Below the pieces are notes generated by a model. That model did not search any database, was not told the origin of the DNA, and saw nothing but the letters and a program-made list of their open reading frames with translations. Positions 28,101 to 40,100 of a stretch of DNA of 64,000 nt are shown piece after piece. Origin of the DNA: Owenia fusiformis (Eukaryota); contig CAIIXF020000001.1 in the NCBI GenBank assembly GCA_903813345.2, forward strand, positions 13,082,001 to 13,146,000, read 5' to 3'. Made by a program: the position numbers and the translations under genes. How positions within the stretch are numbered: position 1 is the first letter of the stretch; the number at the start of each line of letters is the position of its first letter.

Positions 28101-31100
28101 TTGAAATATTGAAAATATCCATCATATAAAAATGAGTGTATCTGGACTGTCTCACAGTGCATCTAGAAATGATGTACCAAACCAATAAATCTTTTGTAAT
28201 TTGTTATAGGGCTATAGGGTTTAAACACATTTTTATCTTTATTGAGTTATATACATTAAAAGTATATGTTAAAGTTGAATTAGATGAACTAGTAGAACAT
28301 GAGACAGTAGCATTATTAATTTTTAAACATGAGACAGTAGCATTATTATGTTACCATCACAAACATATATTGTTGTAGTCTTCAACTTTTTGTGGATGGT
28401 GTTTTGTGGTTGGTGTCTGTAACAAATGGTAGGTGGTGACATTTATCATTAAATCTTGAATGTGAATAAATGCAGCATTTTGATTGGGCAGTATATAACT
28501 ATGGATTATTTTGCAGGTGTTGTATCTAAACTAATGGCAGAACATAAAAGGAATCCACAAAGTGAATTCCTCATAAAGAGCATCCCTACATTACTGCGGT
28601 CACTGTTCACTGTCGGGCTTTTGTGCAAACATTTTGATTTTGACTCCACAGAGATGGGAGAAACAAGTGTTTCTATTAAGGACAGAGTGTTTGACGTAAT
28701 GATGTATTTTACCCAACATGAAGATGAAAACATCAAACACAAGGCCCTAACTGGATTAGGTGAGTTAACAAGTATAAAGGGATGATGATTTCAAGATCAG
28801 AATGTGTGAACGCATTTTCAGCAAATCACTGACATTTCAACATTTCCAAGATTCTTAAATTAAACATCAACACAAGTAATTTTTTAACGATCAGATTTCA
28901 TCAGTATCGACATCACCTCCATAAAAAATTCATTTATATTGCATCATTGATTATTTTTGTAAAGTTTTTGAAATGGATCTTTATGTGTAGGGTTCCTGGT
29001 TGTCCGGCATTATGACTTTATGCTTGGTAAGACTCTAAGGGACTACTACCACTACCTGCTCATGCACAAGGATGCCTCTATCAAGTTGAAGTGCCAGGTG
29101 CTACGTAATCTACATCTCTATCTAATAGAAGAGGAGTTACAGATGATGATCTCAGACCAAGAATGTAAGATTTCTTTATAATTCAATCAATTACAAGCCG
29201 AGTATGATAAACAAATTAATGTGATGATGATACAGACTTTTTTAAATTAAACATTTAGATATTAGCGAGTTTAAGCTTGCATATAAAATCGAAACTCCAA
29301 CCTATATGTATTACTGATCACCCATACAAATGCATTATTTAAATATTTTCCGTTCACATTTAGGTTGTGAAAAGCATTGCAAGCTTAAACTCCCTATTGC
29401 TTAACTGCTCATAAATGATTCTTGTTTTAAGGGAAAAAACATGCAGAAGCTGAAGACTTGAAGGAAATGGGTGATATCCAGTCAGGAATGGCAAGTACAG
29501 TGATGCAGATCTACCTGAAACAAGTGCTTGATTCATTCATTCACATTAATGCCCAGGTGCGCTTGGCTGCATTGAGTGTCATACAGCTAGTCATGAGGCA
29601 AGGCCTTGTCCACCCTGTACAGTGTGTGCCATATCTCATTGCCATAGGAACAGACACTGACCCCACCATAAGGATCAAGTCAGACCAACAACTGCAGGAA
29701 ATTGATAAGAAATACCCAGGATTTGTTCAGGTGAGGAAATCTACATCTACATCAATAATTCGCATTTAAAGCAGATATATAATTTAACAGTGATATAATT
29801 TGAGTAGAATACAATTTTAACCTTAACATTTAAAAAAAATAGATCACTGAAATGTACACTGAAATCATGAAACACTTCTCCTAGCTATCCACTTCTTCTC
29901 ACTTATTGCTGGAAGTTGTAGATGTAATAACAGGCTACACAGAGAAAATCAACATTAGACATTAATATTTGGGCGTTCAATAAGTATTTAAGTAATCCCA
30001 CCAAAAATTTCTTTATGTGTAGGAGAGTTATTTAAAATGCAAGTCCTACTTGACCTATTAATCTTCCCCAAAAATTGTTACTTCAGGCTTAAAACAGTCA
30101 TTTAACATGGATATTACTTACATGCAGATCCAAGTATTTTATTTCGTTGTAAATTAAAACTTAATCTTGTTTACTCACATGGTTCCAGATGAAATCCCTT
30201 GCTGGGATTAAGATGTCTTACAAGCTCCAGCAGCTAATACAGCAAGACCTGGTTGAGCCTGTACGTGGAAATAGACCTGATGACCAACATCAAACTGAAC
30301 AGAACATTGCAGTGAATGGTTACCTCTATAGCTTGTTGAGAACTAATCGGGCTCATAGACGTGCCTTCCTAACGTCACTTCTTCATCTGTTTGATGACAC
30401 AACGGTAAGAAACTTATTTAATAATGGGATGATTATAACTTCTCCCATGTCTCTGAAGTTTAAACTGGAAACTAAATCAATCTTAATAGATATAAAATAC
30501 AATTGTATCTCATTTTTTCTTTAATCTTGTTTGTTAATCTTGTATCTTGAAGCAAGAAATTTATTCTGTACATAGTGAAGCATGTGTTATATTATTTACC
30601 TGGTTCTATGATGCAACTTCTAATTCCCACATGTTCTACAATTTCAGAGAGCGCCTCTTGCTGAATTATTGTATGTTGCTGACAACATGGCATATTTCCC
30701 ATTCCAACACCAAGATGAGCCACTCTTTGTCATACACACCATTGACATCACTGTCTCAGTGTCTGGAGAAAATATTATGCAGTCCTTCAAGGAAGTGAGT
30801 ATCTGTTCTAATTTGTAGCATTGCTCTGTATAGAATACTTTGGATTGTCTTGCTTAATGGCTGAAAGGTGCGTTCAATGGGAGGGGGTAAAAATCAGGCA
30901 CTTGTCAATAATTGAACTACAAATTGATTTGTGATTGTCTCTCTGTGTATATTCTAGGAACTGTATCCAGATGTTCAGGAGAATGAACATGGTACAAAAG
31001 TATTTGATGATGATGATGAAGACCTGGACACTATTCTTGGTAAGAATTCACTCTACGTTTGTGATGTGGGCAAAATGAGCCAAACATGTTCAGGTTGAAA

Positions 31101-34100
31101 GAGACAGGTTGTGCAAATCTTCACATACATTCCAGGAGCCTGACATAAGTACAGTGACTCACAACCAAAGTTAAGATTTTCAAGATGGACCAAGTGTAAC
31201 AAAATCTTCACGCTTCTTTTCATTTGAAGATCTTGATTCTAGTACTTATGTCTTACATTTTTATTAGCTCACATGGTGAGCTTTTGCAATCACTCACTTG
31301 TCCGTCTCTCTGTACGTGCGTCCGTCCGTCAACAATAGTGGCACATTTTAAAACCTCTGTCGATAAGATTCCTGTTTTAAGTTATTTCTGTTCAACATCA
31401 ATACAGAAAACTCCCCTATGACTCCTGGTTCAAAAGCTCGCCTATTTTCAAAATGGCCGCCATTTTTGTCTCGCGAAATTCACTTTTGACCGATATCCTA
31501 GCTTTACAAATAATTTCAGGTGTCCTGCATTGTAAAAATCCATGTTAATGTAAAGAGTAGTTGTATGAAATAATTTTGTTACAAAAAATTATATCCATTT
31601 TTTTATTTTCAGCCATTTTAGTTAACATTGATTTGCCCATCTGACTCAAAAAAAAACACTTCTTTCAACAATAGTGGCACGTTTTAAAACCTCTGTCGAT
31701 AGGGTTCCTGTTTTAAGTTTTTTCTGTTCAACATCAATACAGAAAACTCCCCTATGACTCCTGGTTCAAAAGCTCGCCTATTTTCAAAATGGCTGCCATT
31801 TTTGTCTCGCGAAATTCACTTTTGACCCATTTCCTAGCTTTACAAGTAATATCAGGTGTCCTGCATTGTTAAAAGCCATGTCAATGTATAGAGTAGTTGT
31901 ATGAAATAATTTTGTTACAAAAAATCAGCAAAAAATTATATCCATTTTTTTATAACATTGATTTGAAATAGTGGCATGTTTTAAAACCTCTGTAGATAGG
32001 GTTCCTGTTTTAAGTTTTTTCTGTTCAACATCAATACAGAAAACTCCCCTATGACTCCTGGTTCAAAAGCTCCCTATTTTCAAAATGGCCGCCATTTTTG
32101 TTCCGCAAAATTCACTTTTGGCCCATTTCCTAGCTTTACAAATAATTTCAGGTGTCCTGCATTGTAAAAAACCATGTCACTGTAAAGAGGTACTAATTTA
32201 AAAATTTTATATGTGGCTACTTAAAAGCGTATTCATTCTTCTGATGACAACTTGGCTAGTGAGCAACCATTTTGAAAATGGTGGCCTTTCTTATGGGTGT
32301 TATTTTACGATATTTGCTATATATTTTGTTTGTAAAAATGCCAGCCATTTCTGTTCAATGGGATACGCTACGCTTTGGCATTGCCGTTGTTCTGGTTTTG
32401 ATTATTTTTTGTATAGCGCATGGAAACTAAATTTAAAAAGTGAGCAATGTCATTAGTATTGTGATAATAATGTCCCTTATACCTATATATTACAGGTCGT
32501 GTAGACCATTGTTGCCCGATTTATAGCAAAAACATTGACTTTTGCACGTTGGTGATGATGTGCCTTTTTTAACAGATCTGATGTCTTAGAAGGGTATCAG
32601 TTCAAAAAAATACTAGATGACCTAACATATTTTGCCATGCACTGCACCTATTCATTTGGCAATTCAGTTGTAAATTTTCTCTTGAAAAAATAAATCTTCA
32701 AAAGTTGAGTTTTCTTGCAGAAATCGCCTTATCCATCATTTTTGTACGATCACCGGGCATGTGTAAGGCCAATATAATGTCTGCCTTTATAACACACTTT
32801 AAATTTTGTATTAACTACTACTTTAAAACTTTGAAATAGCCAATCAAATAAAAAGTTTGTCTAGTTTCACATCTGGGTACTTCTAGATCGAGGTTAGTTT
32901 TAAAATTGGAAAATACAATTTTTTGCTTGATTCTTTTTGTTTTGATGGAATAAATTTGGTTTCCCAGAATAACCACTTTTTAGTATAATAGCAAATCAAC
33001 TGATAAAATGTCATTAAGTTCAAAAGTATTCAAAAGAATTTTCTTGACGCAAAATGTGCCTAGACGTGCATGCAAATCATTTGACGTCTATGAAATAATG
33101 TCAGGGTTACCAAGTATGTTAGCTAATAGCACTAATGTATATATAATCAATTATAATTCTAGTATAATTACTGAAGTAGTAATTGAAATCTACTGGTACT
33201 GTGGTTCATTTGGAAATTACAAATTATACGTTTCAGGTAGCATGAATTCCAAGTTATACCGTAGTGTGATAATGCATATCATTAAATCATATTATAATTG
33301 TAGTATATGGGAAGGGGCACTGAGAAGGGCAATCAGTGAATGACGCAGTTATGTTGTACAATATATAATCAGTAAATGACGCAGTTATGTGTATAAGTAC
33401 ACTACAGGGTACATAAAAATTTTGAAAACATTGTAAATTAAAATATTCAGTGATACTTGTAAATCTGAGACTGCCTACCCCTACAATGAAGTGCTTCAAC
33501 TAATCAACTTATATTATAACCATCCTGCCGGGCCTGTTCTAGGGGTATTAGTGCTTGTTTAGAAGGCTTCTTTTTTACTAAATTGACCTTAGCAATATGT
33601 GACGCCATAGTGGCGTGCTGTAGTGTTGGGCCAATAATGATATTTCAGCCAAAAATGAGATATCGTTTGGTGCATATACTTTTCGTTCAGTGGCCGTCCG
33701 TTCTTGCTATTTCAGCCTTGGGCATAAACGGTGGTAATAATACTAATAACATTATTGTACTATTCTTCATGATTTTCTGTTTCATTCTTTCCACTTGTCA
33801 GTTTCCAGAATTTGACAAACATTATAAGAGAATACATTTTAATGGATCTCTCCTGTATTACAGCAATGAAAAACGTCATATCCTGCCAAAATAGTGAAAT
33901 ATTAAGATATTTTGGCTAAAACAGAAGTCATGAAACCAAAACTACCTTAACTTTTTTGTTACCCTGTTCTTAGCTTATAAATTTTGCTGAAACAAGTATA
34001 TGTACCATTATACCAAATCAACAATGAATATGCAACATACATGTATAGCTTTTATACTTCACATATTCAATAAATGAAAAGAAGCTGGAATTCAAAAAAC

Positions 34101-37100
34101 TTCATATACATACTCGTACCATAGCAAGATAGATCAAATTGCATCATAATGATAAGTCTTGTCATTTTGATCAGTGTCTTTCTTCAGAAGTCACAACAAT
34201 CTAACATCACCTCCACAGATGTGATAAGTTTGGAACAATCTAATATCACAACCACAGATGCGATACGTTTGGAACAATCTAATATCACAACCACAGATGC
34301 GATACGTTTGGAACAATCTAACATCACCTCCACAGATGTGATAAGTTTGGAACAATCTAATATCACAACCACAGATGCGATACGTTTGGAACAATCTAAT
34401 ATCACAACCACAGATGTGATAAGTTTGGAAGAATTTAACATCACAACCACAGATGCGATACATTTGGAACAATATGACATCACAACCACAGATGCGATAC
34501 GTTTGGAACAATCTAACACCACAACCACAGATGCGATATGTTTGGAACAATCTAATATCACAACCACAGATGAGATAAGTTTGGAAGAATTTAACATCAC
34601 AACCACAGATGTGATACGTTTGGAACAATCTAACATCACCTCCACAGATGTGATAAGTTTGGAACAATCTAATATCACAACCACAGTGGCGATACGTTTG
34701 GAACAATCTAATATCACAACCACAGATGCGATACGTTTGGAACAATCTAATATCACAACCACAGATGCGATACGTTTGGAACAATCTAATATCACAACCA
34801 CAGATGAGATAAGTTTGGAAGAATTTAACATCACAACCACAGATGTGATAAGTTTGGAACAATCTAATATCACAACCACAGATGCGATACGTTTGGAACA
34901 ATCTAATATCACAACCACAGATGCAATACGTTTGGAACAATCTTATATCACAACCACAGATGCGATTAGTTTGGAACAATCTAACATCACAACCACAGAT
35001 GTCATAAGTTTGGAACAATCTAATATTACAACCACAGATGCGATAAGTTTGGAACGATCTAGTATCACAACCACATATGTGATAAGTTTGGAACAATCTA
35101 ACGTCACAGCCACAGATGAGACCGCGGCTATTCAGTCTTGGACTTTTGAAAGTGGTACTGAAAATCCTTGGATGACATCTTGTATGGTTGCACTGTTTAG
35201 CACTGTAAACAAAGCAAAACCTTACATAGAAAAGAAATACCCATGCAGTATTCCAAAAGATTTAGTGATTACCCGCCAGAATTATTATCCATTGGCTGAT
35301 GCCTGTATGGCTAAGTATGACTATGTTGAAGAGGATGGTGTGTATGCTGTACTGCTAATTCCCCCTGAAGCTAACCACTATTGTAAACCAGATGTCCCAT
35401 ACTTTAGGCAAGTGACCAATGAGCAGCTTGTAAAGGAGGCAGAGGAGGCAGCAAAAGATCAACAAAACTCATCTGTTCCAACCATATTTGTCTGTATACA
35501 AGGCACAACTGGAATTGATCAAGATGCATATTTGACAATAACTTGCAAAATTGAGAATGAAACAGAATTGACCGATGAGATTGTGATGAAACATTGTATG
35601 ATGAGACCTGGGTGGAAATATTCACAAGTGGACACTCCAAAGGATTGTGTTTTGAAGAATGCTGAACGAGAAAATGACATGATGACTCTTTCAGCTCCAT
35701 ATTATTATGTATTTAGTTGTACTACTTTTTTAGGTTTGCTAGGAAATTGTCTTACTCTTTTTGCAATGGCCAAAGCCAAGCCGCATCCTTCTAGATGTTA
35801 CATAGTATGTTTGATTATTACCCAAAATGTATATTTACTTCTTGCATTTTTTTCCTCTGTAATGGGTCTGGTGAGTGATTACATGGCTTTATACACCTTC
35901 ATGTTATATTTTTGTCAGGCCATGTCTGTTCTCCAATTTGTATGCGCCACTTTGTCTACGTTCATGAAAGTCTTATCTTCACTGGATAGATACCTTGCAA
36001 TTTGTAAGCCATTCAGTTACAGAAAGTTTCTCATGCAAAAATTTAGTACCAAGATTTATTTCGGATTTTTTGTCACCATTGTAATATTGGGTTTGTGGTT
36101 CACATTGCAAGGACTTGTTTTGGAAAATACTAAATCGCATGTGTGTGAATTTGAATTATTTAGCTTACGTAAAATGTCAGAGCATCAAAAGTATTTCATA
36201 ATTTTTGGAGTACTTGTGTATTTGTTACCATGGTTACTAATTGTTGTCCTCAGCTCAATTACATCTAGACACCTATTCAATCACAGTAGAGCACGCAAGA
36301 AATTTAACATTCGTAAAAATGTTAATTTAGCAGATAAATCTGGTTGGCTAAATGCATTAAGGGTCACAATCCATAGGTCAGAGGTTAAGGCCACTATATT
36401 AATGTTCAGTACAATACTCACATATCTGTTTTTTTCTGTTCCTCTAATGGCTGCCCAAATCTGGTTTTACACTGAACAAAGTTCATCTGTTCAATTGAAA
36501 CTCAAAGTTTTATTTGGTGCTGCACTTTTGCATACTATTGAGCATTCTGTAAGTTTAATAGTTTATGGTGTTGTTGTGCCACAATTCCGCATGCTTCTGA
36601 AAAAGGTACTTTTATGCAGATAGCAAAATATAGTCAAATGATGTAAATACAAAATGCTCATCAGTATTCGCTAACTTCTCTATTTTAACCTCTCTTTTGA
36701 TACAGGTATATTTATTATGAACATATATCTGACGTGTGCAAATGTATAAGCTTGTCAAAAGTGCAAGAAGAGTTGACTTTGACTCAGAAAATCAGACTTG
36801 TTATACAACAATTCATATTTTATTATCCCACCGAATGAAGTTCGAGGGGGATATAAATCTGACCGTCCGTCTGTTTGTTGGGGTGATAACTCCAATACCG
36901 GTTGACTGATTTGATTTAAATTTTATAGGCTTATGGCGATAAAACCTCTGCTCGAGAAGGAATTTTTAATATGGCTGCTTAATTCAAAATGGCCACCATT
37001 TTTCGAAAAATGTAATCTTTGATTACTCAAATACTTGTAGACAGATCTGGTTCAAATAATATATGCTGATGCCTAGGGAAGGCTCTATGCTGAAGAAGAG

Positions 37101-40100
37101 ATTTTCAAGATGGCTGCTGAATTTCAAAATGGTTGCCATTTTTCATAGCGAACAAGTGAATATATCATATACTCACGAGAGTATAAAAAACACTATATAA
37201 AGAATGAATCATTATATAAACTTATTATGCCACTCTTAGTATACTGTGAAAATCGGTAACTTCAGTTTACCTTTAGGTCATTTTTCAAAACTTCTCTGCC
37301 CTTCAACTGCCCCATATTATTACATAATATTTCATTTTCTAATTCTGTAATCCTGTTTTATTTAACAGTTTATTTAACTGTGTATACTAAATATTGTCAC
37401 AAAGTAAAAACAACTACAATTAACAACAATTTCACTGATTGAAATCATTCGATGCCTCCTACTTCTACCAGTTCACTTTCTCCGGTCAAAAGTTTTCCTA
37501 CGACATCCGCCATTGTTGTTTTTGCAGAAGATCAATGTAGGCAGAGATATCCCGTGAACTTCTAGTACATTTTAACCTATGCACCTGCTCAGATTGCTAG
37601 TCTTTATGGGTAGACTGTGGCTAGTTATTAGCTCACATGGTGAGCTTTTGCAATCACTCACTTGTCCGTCTGTCTGTCTGTCCGTCAATCTGTCCGTCTG
37701 TCTGTCCGTCTGTCTGTCTGTCCGTCCGTCAACAATAGTGGCACGTTTTAAAACCTCTGTCGATAGGATTCCTGTTTTAAGTTATTTCTGTTCAAGATCA
37801 ATACTGAAAACTCCCCTATGACTCCTGGTTCAAAAGCTCGCCTATTTTCAAAATGGCCGTCACTTTTGTCTCGCGAAATTCACTTTTGACCCATTTCCTT
37901 TAAAACCTCTGTCGATAGGATTCCTGTTTTAAGTTATTTCTGTTCAAGATCAATACAGACAACTCCCCTATGACTCCTGGTTCAAAAGCTCACCTATTTT
38001 CAAAATGGCCGTCACTTTTGTCTCGTGAAATTCACTTTTCACCCATTTCCTAGCTTTACAAATAATTTCAGGTGTCCTACACTGTAAAAATCCATGTCAA
38101 TGTAAAGGGTAGATATATGTTATAATATTGTTACAAAAAATCAGCGAAAAATTATATGCATTTTTTTATTTTCAGCCATTTTAGTTAACATTGATTTGTC
38201 TATCTGACTCGCGAAATCCACTTTTCGTCAATAACAGTGGCACGTTTAAAAACCTCTGTCGATAGGATTCCTGTTTTAAGTTATTTCTGTTCAACATCAA
38301 TACAGAAAACTCCCCTATGACTCCTGGTTCAAAAGCTCGCCTATTTTCAAAATGGCCGCCATTTTTGTCTCGCGAAATTCACTTTTGACCCATTTCCTAG
38401 CTTTACAAATAATTTCAAGTGTCCTACATTGTAAAAATCCATCTCAATATAAAGAGAAGATGTATGAAATAATTTTGTTACGAGAAATCAGCGAAAAATT
38501 ATATCCATTTTTTTATTTTCAGTCATTTTAGTTAACATTGATTTGTCTATCTGTCTCGCAAAATCCACTTTTGGACCATTTACCTTAAACCCTCTGTCGA
38601 TAGGATTCTCGTTTTAAGTTAATTTTGTTCAACATCAATACAAAAAACTCTCCTATGACTCTTGGTTCAAAAGCTCGCCTATTTTCAAAATGGTCGCCAT
38701 TCTTGTTTCGCGAAATTCACTTTTGACCCATTTCCTAGCTTTACAAATAATTTCAGCTGTCCTGCATTGTAAAAAGCCATGTCACTGTAAAGAGTAGTTG
38801 TATGAAATAATTTTGTTACAAAAAATCGGCAAAATATTATATCTGTTTTTTTATTTTCAGCCATTTTAGTTAACATTGATTTGTCCATCTGTCTCACGAA
38901 ATCCTCTTTTGGACCATTTACTTAAAACCTCTGTCGATAGGATTCCAGTTTCACGTTATTTTTGTTCAACATCAATACAAAAAAACTCCCCTTTGACTCC
39001 TGGTTCAAAAGCTTGCCTGATTTCAAAATGGTCGTCATTTTTGTCTCGCGAAATTCAATTTTGGCCCATTTCCTAGCTTTACAAATAATTTCAGGTGTCT
39101 TGCATTGCAAAAAGCCACGTCACTGTAAAGAGTAGTTGTATGAAATAATTTTGTTCCAAATAATTGAAAAAAAATTATATCTGTTTTTTTTTCAGCAATT
39201 TTACTTAACATCGATTTGTCCATCTGTCTCTCCGTCAGTCCAAAATAGTGGCAAGTGGCTTGAAATAATTTTGTTACAAAAAATCAGCAAAAAATTATAT
39301 CCTTTTTTTTCTGTCACCATGTGAGCCCAGTACCCACGGTACTAATTTTTTATTGTCACTATGATGCACAACCACGCCATCTTTCAATAGCAGTAAACGT
39401 TTTTCTATATTGATTAGTTCCCAAAATGCACTTCTACAGTGGTATACGCTAGAGTGGTATACGGTGGAGTGTATACGATGACGATATACCACTCTCCACT
39501 ATATATTGTTGTTATAGACACCTGTTATACAACTATAATTGGACTTAGAGTGGTATAAACTCTGTTGCATAAAAATCATGTCCTGTATACCAGTCTATTC
39601 TATTACATTTATGCATAAGCAGTATTTCAACCTACAAGAAAAATAAATTATTATATCAAATGTGTAAACTAAACTTATTTGTGTAATAAGTATATTAACA
39701 ATATTTCATCCTTTTAACAATATAACCCTGCTTAAACAATAAGTCCATAAATTATCCAAATATCAATTCAGTAAATGGTAAACCTCCAAAGCAGGCCAGA
39801 TCCTTAAAAGGTAACACATATTGTTTAGCAAATCGATCGCTGGCTTCTGGTGTTGCTCAGCGTTTAGTATAAAAGGCCTGATCCCGGAACAATACTCAAG
39901 GGTTCACAGGCTCGAGGTTGTTGTGTCAACACCTCTAACTGTTATGTAGCATCCGTATATTATTTATCGTCACACATTTATAAAAGGGAGATTTTTATTT
40001 TGACAAATCAATTTCACATTTATGGGTGACGTTTTGGGATCTTCTATTTAGTGTACAATAAGGAAAATTGAATTCTTAAGGATAGGTATTGATATGGTGA

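Noticed and set aside
33583-33894. Plus-strand ORF with LAICD resembling a GPCR TM2
   Set aside because: TTG start, no TM1 GN and no DRY; it overlaps the better-ordered minus-strand relic. Not fully excluded without an HMM search.
34184-35096. Two long minus-strand ORFs (244 and 301 aa, one Cys-rich)
   Set aside because: Antisense shadows of the 39-bp repeat; they start and end with the array
34200-35120. CRISPR-like regular repeat
   Set aside because: Contiguous tandem units with no unique spacers, in-frame coding, and a eukaryotic context
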